Shown here in pieces: positions 10,372 to 20,481 of a DNA stretch of 63,710 bases. The notes beneath the pieces were generated by a model that was given only the letters and a program-made list of their open reading frames with translations, ran no database searches and was not told the origin of the DNA. The position numbers were made by a program, and so were the translations under genes. Origin of the DNA: a virus (taxonomy: Duplodnaviria > Caudoviricetes); the IMG/VR virus record IMGVR_UViG_3300040985_001289, positions 1-63,710 of that record. The stretch is one strand, 5' to 3'. Position 1 is the first letter of the stretch. Every line of letters begins with the position of its first letter.

Positions 10372-10977
10372 CTACTTTATGTTTTCTTTTTTTGGAATGC
10401 AAACATTAGCTTTCGTTTCATTCATGTACAACTTCCGGTAATGATCAGCCAACTCAACAAACTTTGGGATTGGGGCAAGTGACTTCCACATACAATAGTC
10501 GTACAATGCCTCCCTGTAAATATCATCTAAAGTTAGCGTAGATGCCCTTTTTGTAATATCAGTGTTCGGTTCATAACTGTAAATGAACTTTATGTTATAT
10601 GCCGTTGTTGGGTTATGAAATAGCCTCATGGTCAATCTTGTAACCATCGTGTAAATGTCTTCGTATACCTCAGAGTAGAAGTCGCTGATCTTATTGAAGG
10701 CATTCACACTCACTTCATTCATTGGTTCTTCAGCACCAGACACACCATATTTAGCAGAATGAATCGTTATGATCTTCTCTGTTCCGGCTCCACCCAACGC
10801 ATAATCATAAGTGTCTGCCGTAGTTGCCTGAGTACCCTCTTTGAATAAACATCTGGTGTTGTGACAGAAGTTATTTTCAGCCTCCTTCACAAGAGCCAAC
10901 AACCTGCCAGGATTAACAACTATACCCTGTAGATCCAGATCATATTCTACGTCATCAACTACGTCTTGTGCTGTCAT
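10372..10977 (-). CDS. Head-tail adaptor-like protein
   Basis: 'MTAQDVVDDV...YREALYDYCMWKSL' helical pattern of phage adaptors; synteny. Confidence 0.55.
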   Translation of the reverse strand: MTAQDVVDDVEYDLDLQGIVVNPGRLLALVKEAENNFCHNTRCLFKEGTQATTADTYDYALGGAGTEKIITIHSAKYGVSGAEEPMNEVSVNAFNKISDFYSEVYEDIYTMVTRLTMRLFHNPTTAYNIKFIYSYEPNTDITKRASTLTLDDIYREALYDYCMWKSLAPIPKFVELADHYRKLYMNETKANVCIPKKENIK

Positions 10978-11632
10978 CGCTTATTCCTATTTCTTGATAA
11001 AATTCTTGTAGCAAATTTTCAGCCCTCGGATCACCCTCTGCTTTGTATACATATCCAGCAGCACCTTTAGCAGCCAACTCTTCATTCCGTTCAAATGGAA
11101 CTTTAACTGCCCCAAAATTACCCTGATATGAACTTGGCGTGACTTTATATGTCATAAATAAGTTGGAGTCAGTAACTGATTTATAATCAGCATCAACACT
11201 TGCCTTGAGTTGTATCTGCCTGACTTCCCCTACTCCTGTATGGGTTGACGCTGCATAGTACCAATAATGACCATAATCGTAGTTTCTGTTGTCTTTGAAT
11301 TTCAACTGACTAAATGGGATCTCAACAAAGTGGGTATCCGGAGTAAGTGATGTGTTATAAATGTCAACTACACCAAAGAACTTTTCTTCCCCAGCAGGAG
11401 CAAGTTCTGTTGTGATAATCACTCCGCTTGCATCAGTTGCAATCCCTTCAGTATAGATAAGATTCCGGCAATCGTGGTCAGGGAGATGCCGTAACATTTG
11501 CATCTCAGCCCATTTGATCCCCTTCTGACGCAGTGCCTGAATATACCGAACCCAATCACTTGCTGGTTTAGTCCCCGGTTCTTCCAGAAAGTCGCCAACC
11601 ATTTCTTCTAAAGTCGTGTATGTAATTGGCAT
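10955..11632 (-). CDS. Putative head-tail adaptor/tail protein
   Basis: 225 aa between adaptor-like genes. Confidence 0.45.
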   Translation of the reverse strand: MPITYTTLEEMVGDFLEEPGTKPASDWVRYIQALRQKGIKWAEMQMLRHLPDHDCRNLIYTEGIATDASGVIITTELAPAGEEKFFGVVDIYNTSLTPDTHFVEIPFSQLKFKDNRNYDYGHYWYYAASTHTGVGEVRQIQLKASVDADYKSVTDSNLFMTYKVTPSSYQGNFGAVKVPFERNEELAAKGAAGYVYKAEGDPRAENLLQEFYQEIGISDDSTRRS

Positions 11633-12729
11633 TAGCTACTCACCTGAACAATTGGTCTGTTAGTTCTAAATCTTCCACTACTTCCGAGATTTGCATTCGA
11701 TGTGGTTTTTCGTCTGTGAACTTGAATCAACTCGTTAAGCCTGTTCCTGTATTCAGACTCGTAATAACTTGCTTCATTGCGGAACTCTTTATGCCGTCTA
11801 TATAAGTTCCACTTTAAGTAATCTTCCATCAGCCCACGATACTCTTCGGTAAATGCAGACAGAAGTTCGATCTCAACACCGGAATCTATTTGTCCTGAGA
11901 ATGGGGATTCAAAGTACGCAGTCTTATTCGCCTGATCATACTCGTCAATTGTACGAACCTCACCAGCATAGGTTCCTGACTTTATAAGTACATCAGTCCC
12001 TTGATAATGGTCGTCTTCTCTGGTTGGGAAATTCGTGCTAATAATGGTGTCCCCACGAGCACTTCCATTAGACGTTGTTGCAATATCCATACAGTCAGCA
12101 GGTCTACGATAACCAGAAATCTTCAGAATATCCGTAGATGTCGGTTGCGGGTATATCCATAGTCTCTGATTCTCAATCGCATATTTACAAGGTGTTCCAA
12201 CCGGAGCAGAGTTGCTCCTGTATAAATCTTGCATCTCAGGTAAACTGATCGGATCAAGACGCTGGTTATTCCCACCCCAATGAACACCATCATGTTCGTA
12301 AGGTCGAATAACGTACCAGGGCAGATCAACCCACTTCGCAAGTCTCTCAATGGTTATGGCATCACCAGAAGCTTGTCCCGCAATAGCATGTGATAGATAC
12401 AGAACTGATCCCGTTTCAACAGTATCCGTTATGAACGCTTCACCCTTAGCGGTGGAGTTCTTAGCCAACCACCCATTGTGCTCGTCGTCAGTAAACGCAG
12501 ATCCACTCGCATAGATCGCTCTCGTGTCAGTGTTAGCCGTAGCTGTTACTGACTCACTTGTTTGTTTTGTGATTGTGGTTCTGAGATTGAACTTGAAGTT
12601 CTCAAGTTGGGTAACTATTTCCTGATGAGCACGATTGAAAAGTCTCTCAACAAATATTCTGTTAGGGACAATTCCTTCTCGCAACTCATCTAAGAGTACA
12701 GTCAGAACGTCGCTAATAACAGACGACAT
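11632..12729 (-). CDS. Head-tail adaptor/tail tubular A-like protein
   Basis: 'GTPCKYAI...LWIYPQP' motif common in podovirus adaptors; downstream of capsid genes. Confidence 0.55.
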   Translation of the reverse strand: MSSVISDVLTVLLDELREGIVPNRIFVERLFNRAHQEIVTQLENFKFNLRTTITKQTSESVTATANTDTRAIYASGSAFTDDEHNGWLAKNSTAKGEAFITDTVETGSVLYLSHAIAGQASGDAITIERLAKWVDLPWYVIRPYEHDGVHWGGNNQRLDPISLPEMQDLYRSNSAPVGTPCKYAIENQRLWIYPQPTSTDILKISGYRRPADCMDIATTSNGSARGDTIISTNFPTREDDHYQGTDVLIKSGTYAGEVRTIDEYDQANKTAYFESPFSGQIDSGVEIELLSAFTEEYRGLMEDYLKWNLYRRHKEFRNEASYYESEYRNRLNELIQVHRRKTTSNANLGSSGRFRTNRPIVQVSS

Positions 12730-12766
12730 TAGGATGCCGCGCATTTTGGAACTCCTGAAAGGTTAA

Positions 12767-12798
12767 TTGAGGTGGAGATAGTTAAACCTCCACCTCAA
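12767..12798 (-). terminator. Hairpin after capsid genes (probable terminator/attenuator)
   Basis: 11-bp perfect inverted repeat ttgaggtggag/ctccacctcaa; weak U-tail. Confidence 0.5.
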
Positions 12799-12806
12799 AA
12801 GATTAT

Positions 12807-13535
12807 CTACGACAAGATGCCATTAATTCTTGCAACACATAACTTGTCAGCAGCGGGGGATGGGCTAACGACTGTTGCAAAGCAATTTACATCGTCAGCA
12901 GCAGTGGTTGTAGATTCACCAGCAGACCCAGCCGTGTCATCACCAGCGTCAAGCTTCCTGTTTGCAGCACCAGTGCCACCAGTCAATACAGGAGCAAGAC
13001 CAGAAACCTGTCTCCAGAAATACGGGGCAGTTGCCTGAGTTACTGTGGTTGGACACACACCTACAACTCTCTGAAGAACAGTAGATGCTGCCGTTTTCTT
13101 GACATAGTTCGGGTCGTACACCGTTATGTCAAGACTTGCTCCAGGAGTGGTTATTGCAGCAAAAAGGCTAATTACCATTGCTGAACCACTTGCTCCAGCA
13201 GTGTTCCCCTTGACGTAGACTGCATCACCAATGTCATTAGCGTCGTCATCAAAGTGAATAAGTTGTCCAGCAAGTCTGCCTTGAGCGACAGTTGATCCTG
13301 CGTCAGCAATCGTCAAAGTTAACGCTGTCGCACTATATGTCACTGCATCTGTAGCATACAGGAGAACATCAGTAAGGATCATCCCTTTAGTCAAGTCACC
13401 ATTGGCTTCAGTCAGTACAAAGATGCCATTTGGGGTTTCAACACGATCACCGAGTTTGTATCCAGCTCCAGTTTCAATGTCACTGGAACTAAAAGTGTCG
13501 GTGTAATTGAAGTTCATGTGGTTTACGTTCATCAT
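12807..13535 (-). CDS. Capsid decoration/cement-like protein
   Basis: Ala/Gly/Thr-rich, directly after MCP; strong AAGGAGG RBS before ATG 13535. Confidence 0.55.
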   Translation of the reverse strand: MMNVNHMNFNYTDTFSSSDIETGAGYKLGDRVETPNGIFVLTEANGDLTKGMILTDVLLYATDAVTYSATALTLTIADAGSTVAQGRLAGQLIHFDDDANDIGDAVYVKGNTAGASGSAMVISLFAAITTPGASLDITVYDPNYVKKTAASTVLQRVVGVCPTTVTQATAPYFWRQVSGLAPVLTGGTGAANRKLDAGDDTAGSAGESTTTAADDVNCFATVVSPSPAADKLCVARINGILS

Positions 13536-13542
13536 TTCCTCC

Positions 13543-14601
13543 TTATGTTCTGTCTGTTGAAATTCCGGTGATCTTACCTTGCCTACGAGGCTCGGTGCAG
13601 ATGATCTGTGCAGATACACTGAAGTTTCCAACAATGGAATCACCAGCAGAATTCGGTTCAGCAGGTTCATAGGTCATGTCAGACCCTGCGAGAACTTTCA
13701 TATACATGGTGTCCGAATTCAAGAAGAACATTCTTCCGGCAGTACACTTGTTATCACGGTTTACGGGAATACCACCCCACCAGAACGAAGTTACACCAGC
13801 TTTAGCGACTCCATCCTTCGGGTAGCCACCGTCAATACGCATACCACCAACAGTACTTGCAGCCTGTCCAGCATCACCACGACCAACTGCTCGTTTCAAT
13901 GCTTCCAACCCGATCTTGGTGGTTAGAATCTTGTTGATCCCTTTGTCTCCATCATCGAAGTCGGTTTCGGTAATGACATTTTCCATCGCATCAGGCAAGT
14001 AATTCGCATCAGAAGATGAATACATGTCTGCATACGTTGAACCATCAATGGTTACAACAGTTGAATCCAACTGAGTGTAGGTCGTGCTGTCGAACCCAGC
14101 ATAAGTCCTGTCAACACCAACAATACCGTCAATACCAAACAATGGGTTGGCATTGGTCTTACCATTAAATACAGGGTGGGCATAATCGTCACCAACACCA
14201 TACAGATCCTGTGACAGTTGTGCTTTCGCTGATTTTCTGGTTTTCTCCATCGAGGCAAGAGTCAGGTTGATTAACCCATCTTTGCCTGTGACTTTCTTCA
14301 AGAGTGTTTTTGACAACACGAGCGGGAAGATGTAATCTGCCCAAATGATTGAAGCCTGAAGTTCGTCGTCAACTGGGGCTACCAGATAATCTTCGTATAA
14401 CGAAATTGTCTGCCCCTGTTGAGGATCGGATCGGTAAAATATCCAATTACACCTCTCGCCTCCAACTTGCCTTTCGCGCATCGTCCAGAACCAGTCAAGA
14501 CCAGGATTCCCTTCAAAGATATTATCAATCACATTACCTTTATTGAGAATCGAGTCCTGAACAATAGCGTTAATATAGGTTGTTATAGCTCTTGCAGCCA
14601 T
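13543..14601 (-). CDS. Major capsid protein
   Basis: 352 aa after scaffold; 'IDNIF..NP', 'GIDGIV...YAG', 'GRMFFLN', 'QIICTEPRRQG' typical of HK97-fold podovirus MCPs; AAGGAGG RBS. Confidence 0.85.
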   Translation of the reverse strand: MAARAITTYINAIVQDSILNKGNVIDNIFEGNPGLDWFWTMRERQVGGERCNWIFYRSDPQQGQTISLYEDYLVAPVDDELQASIIWADYIFPLVLSKTLLKKVTGKDGLINLTLASMEKTRKSAKAQLSQDLYGVGDDYAHPVFNGKTNANPLFGIDGIVGVDRTYAGFDSTTYTQLDSTVVTIDGSTYADMYSSSDANYLPDAMENVITETDFDDGDKGINKILTTKIGLEALKRAVGRGDAGQAASTVGGMRIDGGYPKDGVAKAGVTSFWWGGIPVNRDNKCTAGRMFFLNSDTMYMKVLAGSDMTYEPAEPNSAGDSIVGNFSVSAQIICTEPRRQGKITGISTDRT

Positions 14602-14627
14602 AATAAACCTCCTTAACTGTTAATGAA

Positions 14628-15389
14628 TTATTCTTTTCCGATGTCGTCAAAGAGGGCATTCAACTTCTCGTTACTCGCAATCTCTGAGGCTATCTTAGCC
14701 CTGCCATCACGACCTGAGAAAATTACCTTCCCTTCATCTTTGGCTTCACCTTCTGGAGACGTGTGGACTCGATCCTTACGTTCCTGTTCTTTTTTATCTG
14801 CTTCTTCTTTTTCTTTTTTCTTTTTGGCTTCATCCTCATCAGTCTTTGATTTGGATTTTGCATCATCAAGAGCCATTTTAAGGACACCCTCAGTAGCGAG
14901 AAGACTGTTGTCTTTACAGTACTTCTCTAACTTTGCCCGTTCTTTCTTCGGCATTGGCTTCCCGTGCTCTTCCTGATATTCACGTTCAACCATTTCCCAA
15001 CTCTGTTCAATAAACTTCGCAGTGTGCTTATCCTGAATCACCTTCTCATCAGCGTTTTTGCGGTCAGTGCGAGATTGTTCTTCTTCCTTCTCAACTGCTC
15101 GCAATAACTTAAATCTGGCAGTGTTGTAGGTTCGCATCTCTTCACCGTTCAGGTCACTCGGATCAAACTTGGTGTCAAATGCGTCGAGTTTCTCTTGAGC
15201 AGTTTGTCCAGTTTTCTTCTGAGCAGGTTTCTTACTCAACTCAGCAATTTTGCCTTTAAGCCCGTCAATCTCCCCGACCTTCTCTGTCAATGATTCGACT
15301 GACTTTTCAAGTGTTCCAACCTTTTCTGACTTTGCCTTATTGTCAGCAATCAACTCTTCAAGAGTATCAAAGTCTCCAAACTTCGGCAT
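14628..15389 (-). CDS. Capsid scaffolding protein
   Basis: Highly charged coiled-coil protein between portal and MCP. Confidence 0.7.
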   Translation of the reverse strand: MPKFGDFDTLEELIADNKAKSEKVGTLEKSVESLTEKVGEIDGLKGKIAELSKKPAQKKTGQTAQEKLDAFDTKFDPSDLNGEEMRTYNTARFKLLRAVEKEEEQSRTDRKNADEKVIQDKHTAKFIEQSWEMVEREYQEEHGKPMPKKERAKLEKYCKDNSLLATEGVLKMALDDAKSKSKTDEDEAKKKKEKEEADKKEQERKDRVHTSPEGEAKDEGKVIFSGRDGRAKIASEIASNEKLNALFDDIGKE

Positions 15390-15409
15390 GGTTCTTCCTT
15401 TGCGTTTAA

Positions 15410-15500
15410 AATAAAAAACCGAGTACCCCTGTATCACTACAAGAACGCTCGGTTCGGTTTTTCCGTAACCTTACGGTATAATCACTTCCCAGAAGGGAAC
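15410..15500 (-). promoter_or_regulatory. Structured intergenic leader upstream of scaffold (three hairpins, the last terminator-like)
   Basis: Minus strand: ttccc/gggaa, ccgtaa/ttacgg, then aaccgag...ctcggtt followed by a U-run. Confidence 0.5.
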
Positions 15501-15511
15501 TTAGTTATCTT

Positions 15512-15781
15512 TTATGTTCCAACTGTGCCAACAGTACGAGTGGCATGTATCTCTTCACCATCGACAATAACTAATGACACTGATCCCCATCGCATGTTTT
15601 GACGCATGTCTAAGATATATTTACTCCACCTCTCTGCATCATGTCCACGAGTGGTTTCCCCTGTCTTTACCTCTATCCGATATTCATTGCCATTCCTGAA
15701 ATGAACAACAACTATTGCAGTATCTGTGACATCCTTAACACTCTCAATCGCTTCTAATATATCTCTATGATCCATTTGCAT
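15512..15781 (-). CDS. Small protein, YezD/DUF2292-like
   Basis: 'WGSVSLVIVDGE' motif; located between portal and scaffold. Confidence 0.45.
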   Translation of the reverse strand: MQMDHRDILEAIESVKDVTDTAIVVVHFRNGNEYRIEVKTGETTRGHDAERWSKYILDMRQNMRWGSVSLVIVDGEEIHATRTVGTVGT

Positions 15782-17840
15782 TCCTTGCTTTGGTCTGAAT
15801 TTCTTTTATCGCATCTTCAAGAGATACCTTCCCATCTGCGAGAGCATCGAATAACCCTGCCTCTTTAGCCATTTCCAATAACCGAGCTTGTTCAGCCCTT
15901 GCCTGTCTGTCTGCGACTACCTGTTCAAGCAAGTCTGGAATTCCAAGTCTAATTAATATCTGATCGCCCAAAGGACTTCCGTCAATAAGTGGTAAAGCTT
16001 CGCCAATTAACTTTATCTCTTCCTGTCGATTAGACGCACCTATAAAGTCCCTGTGGGTTGTGATCGGGAAATGGATAACAGAACCTTCCGTATCGAATAA
16101 TTGAGGCGACTCCCCAGATAACACCATCGGAGCACCTCTTTCTCCACTTCTCCCCTGAACTGGGTACACCTTTCTTTCTCGGTCAAACTGTCTGAGGTTA
16201 GATAACCACATCATGCCAATATAGTGCAATCCGAGTTCTTCACTGACTACAATTGGGTTCTGAAAGCGGATCTCACGTTCATCCATAAGTTGAAGTTTCT
16301 TCCCTGACTCAGAAGCCAACGACTCTCTCGATGCACCAAATATAAATCGCCCTTCATTAATCTTGTCTCTGTAATACATCAACTGCTCTTGCCCAAATAC
16401 AGGAGGTGTCCACCATTCCATAATTTCTTTTATCGGAGCACTCCCGCTTGGCACATTCAACTTAACAGTATCGACATCACCTTCACGCTTTATAACATCT
16501 TCATCAGGGTTTACGAGTGCCTTTGTATTGACACCAAGTACACCGCTCATAGAGTTTACGTTCCTTTGGAACTCCCCGTTCATCTTTGTTATTGCTCGTT
16601 GGGTGTCCCCACCAATATCGGGATCACCGAGGGCAAAGAAGTTAACCCCATCCCATGTGTTATGTAATGGCACACCGGGTCTTAATCCATGTTCATAGAT
16701 AGTTTGCCCGTCATAACACACTTGATCAGCAGCGAACACCATGAGTCTACCTTTTGGATACACCATTCGGCTCGTCTTGGTGTCAAACTTTTCGGTCTGT
16801 GGAACACCATCAACAATGACAGGTTCTTCTACAAAATCCCCATTTCCATCAACAACATCGTTACCGCCTATGTCTTTCTTGATCCGCATAATAGGCACAT
16901 CTAAGATCACCTTCTCTGTCTCCTGATCATCATAAAACACCATCACTTCAGGGATCTTGTCGGTTATGTCATTAAGAGTGCCTGTGTTATATGCGGTATA
17001 ATCCAGTGCGTGCATAAGCGAAAATTCACGAGGATCTACAAAGTTCTTTTTGCTATCTTCTTTAGATAACTTCTTTCCCCATTCACGTTCAATCTCTTTT
17101 GGATCACGCATTCTTACAATAACAAAAGTCTTAGATACTTTGGTTCCTCTGCCATTTATCTTTGTTGATCCAAATTCAACGAGGAATCCAAGTGGATCTG
17201 CAACCTCAAAGAAACTAACACCATCAGGCTCACCCTTTGTCATCGTATGAAGATAAAGAATGATCGACGTTCCGTAAGCACTCGTCTGTGCAATGGCATC
17301 AAGTCGGGCTTCATTGAACCCTTCATCTCTGATCCTCTTTGGGATTATCTGATTAAGTTCATAAATGAAATTAACTTGAGTATTATCAGTCCCGTCAAGT
17401 GGCTCATACCTGAAAGAAGTATTAGCATCCGCAAAGGCGCTGAACTTGTCCCTCATCATCTGTTGAAGAAAGTTCTCTGCTGAATATGCCTTTTCAAAAA
17501 CCCCACCCCTGAAATCAGCATCTTCCAACAACATCCTTTTTAGATCATGGAAATATCCATAATTTTCCACTGTCCGATTAACATAGGCATGTCTGCTGCT
17601 TGATCGAGAACTAACACTTGTGTATCCGTCAGCCACTAAGCTCGGAACCATCGTGTCGCGAGCATCAGAAAGTTGGAGTATCTTGTCCTGTGCCCATGCA
17701 CGAACGTCCTCAACAGATTCCCCATCTATCTTTCCCGAAACCTTATTTATGTCAGAATTGGAACGGCTCGTTTCACCACTCTTTCGAGCGTTAAATTCAT
17801 CTGACGTAAGGTTGTTTTTTCGTGACTTAAAAAATGCCAT
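15765..17840 (-). CDS. Portal protein
   Basis: 691 aa between terminase and scaffold; 'YPKGRLMVFA...YDG', 'TQRAITK' patterns of P22-like portals. Confidence 0.8.
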   Translation of the reverse strand: MAFFKSRKNNLTSDEFNARKSGETSRSNSDINKVSGKIDGESVEDVRAWAQDKILQLSDARDTMVPSLVADGYTSVSSRSSSRHAYVNRTVENYGYFHDLKRMLLEDADFRGGVFEKAYSAENFLQQMMRDKFSAFADANTSFRYEPLDGTDNTQVNFIYELNQIIPKRIRDEGFNEARLDAIAQTSAYGTSIILYLHTMTKGEPDGVSFFEVADPLGFLVEFGSTKINGRGTKVSKTFVIVRMRDPKEIEREWGKKLSKEDSKKNFVDPREFSLMHALDYTAYNTGTLNDITDKIPEVMVFYDDQETEKVILDVPIMRIKKDIGGNDVVDGNGDFVEEPVIVDGVPQTEKFDTKTSRMVYPKGRLMVFAADQVCYDGQTIYEHGLRPGVPLHNTWDGVNFFALGDPDIGGDTQRAITKMNGEFQRNVNSMSGVLGVNTKALVNPDEDVIKREGDVDTVKLNVPSGSAPIKEIMEWWTPPVFGQEQLMYYRDKINEGRFIFGASRESLASESGKKLQLMDEREIRFQNPIVVSEELGLHYIGMMWLSNLRQFDRERKVYPVQGRSGERGAPMVLSGESPQLFDTEGSVIHFPITTHRDFIGASNRQEEIKLIGEALPLIDGSPLGDQILIRLGIPDLLEQVVADRQARAEQARLLEMAKEAGLFDALADGKVSLEDAIKEIQTKARNANGS

Positions 17841-17843
17841 GAT

Positions 17844-18425
17844 CTACTTTGTTTGTTTCTTTAATCGGATGTTCTCTATCAATTGATTAAATTCCGGATA
17901 CCTCTTCATCACCCTATCTTCCACATCAATACCCATCTTCAGTGCTTTTTCGACTGACGACCTGTGTGTTGTGTAAATTCGTTGATGTTTTGCTGCTACT
18001 CTGCCAGGGAGTTGATCAAGATCATAAGCGTCAAAATATTCAGTAGCGGTCATCTTGTACGGAGGAACGCCATCTATTGACCCAATCTCAATCGTCTTTC
18101 TTGGTCTGCCCATTTTCGGCTTCGGTTTTGTTTTTACTTCAGCTTTTGGCACATTGGGAACAACAATTCTCTTAGGTGACTCTATCCCACTTTTGCTTTC
18201 AAGGGCTTCTATCCTGTCATAGATGGTCATCAAGATAATAATAATGCCCCTCAGACAGTTATAAACAAGGTTCTCGAAGTCACCAAGACCTCCCCTTGAA
18301 GTAATTCGCATAAACGGATTACTTATGTTTAGAACGCGACCAAACCGCTCTTGTATCGCTCTATGAAAATCCCTGTCGCCCTTCTGCCTATCCCACTCAG
18401 GATGAAAATTGTGTTCTTCACTCAT
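17844..18425 (-). CDS. Hypothetical protein
   Basis: 193-aa ORF in operon; KMGRPRK AT-hook-like motif. Confidence 0.55.
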   Translation of the reverse strand: MSEEHNFHPEWDRQKGDRDFHRAIQERFGRVLNISNPFMRITSRGGLGDFENLVYNCLRGIIIILMTIYDRIEALESKSGIESPKRIVVPNVPKAEVKTKPKPKMGRPRKTIEIGSIDGVPPYKMTATEYFDAYDLDQLPGRVAAKHQRIYTTHRSSVEKALKMGIDVEDRVMKRYPEFNQLIENIRLKKQTK

Positions 18426-18443
18426 TTGTTTTCCGTTTTATGT

Positions 18444-18740
18444 CTATCGTAAGATATTCTTGTATGTCTGAGCCATCTCAAGTGCTCGCAACTTCGCCCT
18501 CACATCTGTACCGTTCAAAGCTTCATTGATAGTCTTTCGCATTAAATCAGCTCGTTCAGCTCTCCCTTCAGGCGTATACGACAACTCAATCAAGTCGCTC
18601 TTCACAACCACTTTCGGCTGAGGGGTGACAACTATTTCTTTCTTTGGTTCAGGGACGGGCTTCGGTTTCTGGACATTAGACTTATTCCCAGCAGTCTTTA
18701 TTTCTGTCCCTGAAATTTTTTCATCTGCTTTTTTACTCAA
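18444..18740 (-). CDS. Hypothetical protein
   Basis: 98-aa ORF overlapping terminase nuclease stop. Confidence 0.5.
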   Translation of the reverse strand: MSKKADEKISGTEIKTAGNKSNVQKPKPVPEPKKEIVVTPQPKVVVKSDLIELSYTPEGRAERADLMRKTINEALNGTDVRAKLRALEMAQTYKNILR

Positions 18741-19756
18741 AACATTTTCCTCTCGTTAGGATTCCGCTTCTTCTGTTGGAGTTTTTGCCCAATCGTAGAT
18801 AACGGGCGTTTCTTCTTTACAGTCACAGTCTCGTGAGCATGTACTGCTAACATTCGCTCACAGTCACAGAGATGATCATCCTTCTTGCGGACACCCCCTC
18901 CATCTTTGTATTGGTACTTCTTTTTTTCAGCTATAAAATATCTCATATCAGGGAAACAGAATTTTGTTGGGAACCCGATTCCATCTCTGTCTATAACCCT
19001 GTTCGGATGTTGCGATTCAGGAACTAAGTCTTCAAGGCTCTTGACCTTCTCTATGCCACCATCAACATTGGTCTTGGGAGATCCCTTCTCAAGTGTCCTG
19101 ATCCCTTCCTCTTCGTAACGAAGAAAGATTGAGCCAAGATCATTGCTACTCGATTCCCTACGCCATGATGACGGATCCATAAGCGTTGTTTGTATCCACG
19201 CCTGTCCATCTTTTAGACTCTTACCATTGTGATCTTTCCCGAATATCCTGTCACACCAAAGTTGGGTTCTTTCCTTGATCGCTATGGCATGTTTATTCGC
19301 AGAGATACTTTCACTACCTTTAACACCATCCCCGACATAATACTCATCGAAATTTATCACCCAGCCACCAGCACGCCTCCCATCAGGAAGAATCTCAATA
19401 GGAACAATAGCTTGCCACATCGCAGCAGTTATTGTCACTCCAGGATCAATCGCACACTGATATAGCCAGTGCTTCTGTAATGGTATCGGTTTCCAAAGAA
19501 CATGGGTCTGTTTCGCCCACTTGGGATAAACCAGACCACCTTTTACTGCTGCAAAATCTATTTCGTGTTCTTGTCTGAATTCTTTATCAGACATCGAGAT
19601 TTTTTTATTCCTGAGCCATTCTTTACCATCACGCTCAGGATCGTACTTCGGAACCATTGCGTAGTACAGTGGCAATACTGAGTATCCACGACTCGTTACA
19701 TATGGTTTAAACCTTTTCCGCCAATGAATACTTGTGTCGCCAAAGTCATGTGGCAT
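18737..19756 (-). CDS. terL: Terminase large subunit, C-terminal (linker + RNase H nuclease) part
   Basis: 'FRQEHEIDF..GGLVY', 'AIDPG', 'MDPS', 'DDHLCDCERM' nuclease motifs. Confidence 0.85.
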   Translation of the reverse strand: MPHDFGDTSIHWRKRFKPYVTSRGYSVLPLYYAMVPKYDPERDGKEWLRNKKISMSDKEFRQEHEIDFAAVKGGLVYPKWAKQTHVLWKPIPLQKHWLYQCAIDPGVTITAAMWQAIVPIEILPDGRRAGGWVINFDEYYVGDGVKGSESISANKHAIAIKERTQLWCDRIFGKDHNGKSLKDGQAWIQTTLMDPSSWRRESSSNDLGSIFLRYEEEGIRTLEKGSPKTNVDGGIEKVKSLEDLVPESQHPNRVIDRDGIGFPTKFCFPDMRYFIAEKKKYQYKDGGGVRKKDDHLCDCERMLAVHAHETVTVKKKRPLSTIGQKLQQKKRNPNERKMF

Positions 19757-20481
19757 TAGTCACCCTCATCAACAGATTCTACATCATCATAATTCTTTTC
19801 AAGGGGCTTAACGTCAAGGTCATTACCACCATCGTCTTCGGACTCTTCCATTCCAAACTCGCCATACTTGTCGGCAGGTTCTTCTGGTTGTGCAACCCTC
19901 TTTGTTCCGTCAACTTCCTTTCCACGCATAAAGAGGATAATAGGTCTTTGTTCGTGTGGAATAGGTTGCTTTGGTGACTTCAACTCAATTATCGGACAGC
20001 CATCATTTAGACGCATAATGTACTGTACAGCCATTCCAAAGGCTATCCTTAGTTCAACTGGGATAACAGGATAAGGTTCTTCTGTTTTCTTCCCCTTTGC
20101 TAATGGTGGAAGCCCAGCCATTTGTCTCGCTGACTTCGGGTACTTTATCCATACCAACTTATCGTCTGATTCAAAGATCGGATCAAGCTTTGACATCTTG
20201 TAAACATCATAATGAAGATGGTGAAGTGCGTATACTGTTGGTATAAACATCATACTTCGAGTATTTATGACAGCACTATTAATCCCGAAAGACCCTGTGC
20301 CACCAAGAAACTTATCTAACCATCTTCCAACCGCGACCTGATTGTTTTCCGGAGCGTCCTTGCAAGAGAACCCCTCCAGTTTCATTATCGGTTTCCCTTC
20401 CTTCATCGACTGACTCATCTTGACCATCGCAATCTTGCTCAAAGTCGGGCAGATTGCCAAAACCTTCAACGGCTTCGCCAT
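19756..20481 (-). CDS. Gene inserted in split terminase; degenerate RuvC/RNase H-like
   Basis: Starts 'LKVLAICPT' (cf. RuvC VLAIDPG); 'YPKSARQMAG..KGKK' and 'ELRIAFGMA' resemble later RuvC motifs; own GAGGA RBS. Confidence 0.45.
   Translation of the reverse strand: MAKPLKVLAICPTLSKIAMVKMSQSMKEGKPIMKLEGFSCKDAPENNQVAVGRWLDKFLGGTGSFGINSAVINTRSMMFIPTVYALHHLHYDVYKMSKLDPIFESDDKLVWIKYPKSARQMAGLPPLAKGKKTEEPYPVIPVELRIAFGMAVQYIMRLNDGCPIIELKSPKQPIPHEQRPIILFMRGKEVDGTKRVAQPEEPADKYGEFGMEESEDDGGNDLDVKPLEKNYDDVESVDEGD

Noticed and set aside
19756-20481. Intein or group I intron in terminase; shared ESVDEG peptide in the ATPase tail and the inserted ORF end
   Set aside because: No intein termini, LAGLIDADG or intron core seen; the hexapeptide uses different codons and may be chance in acidic tails
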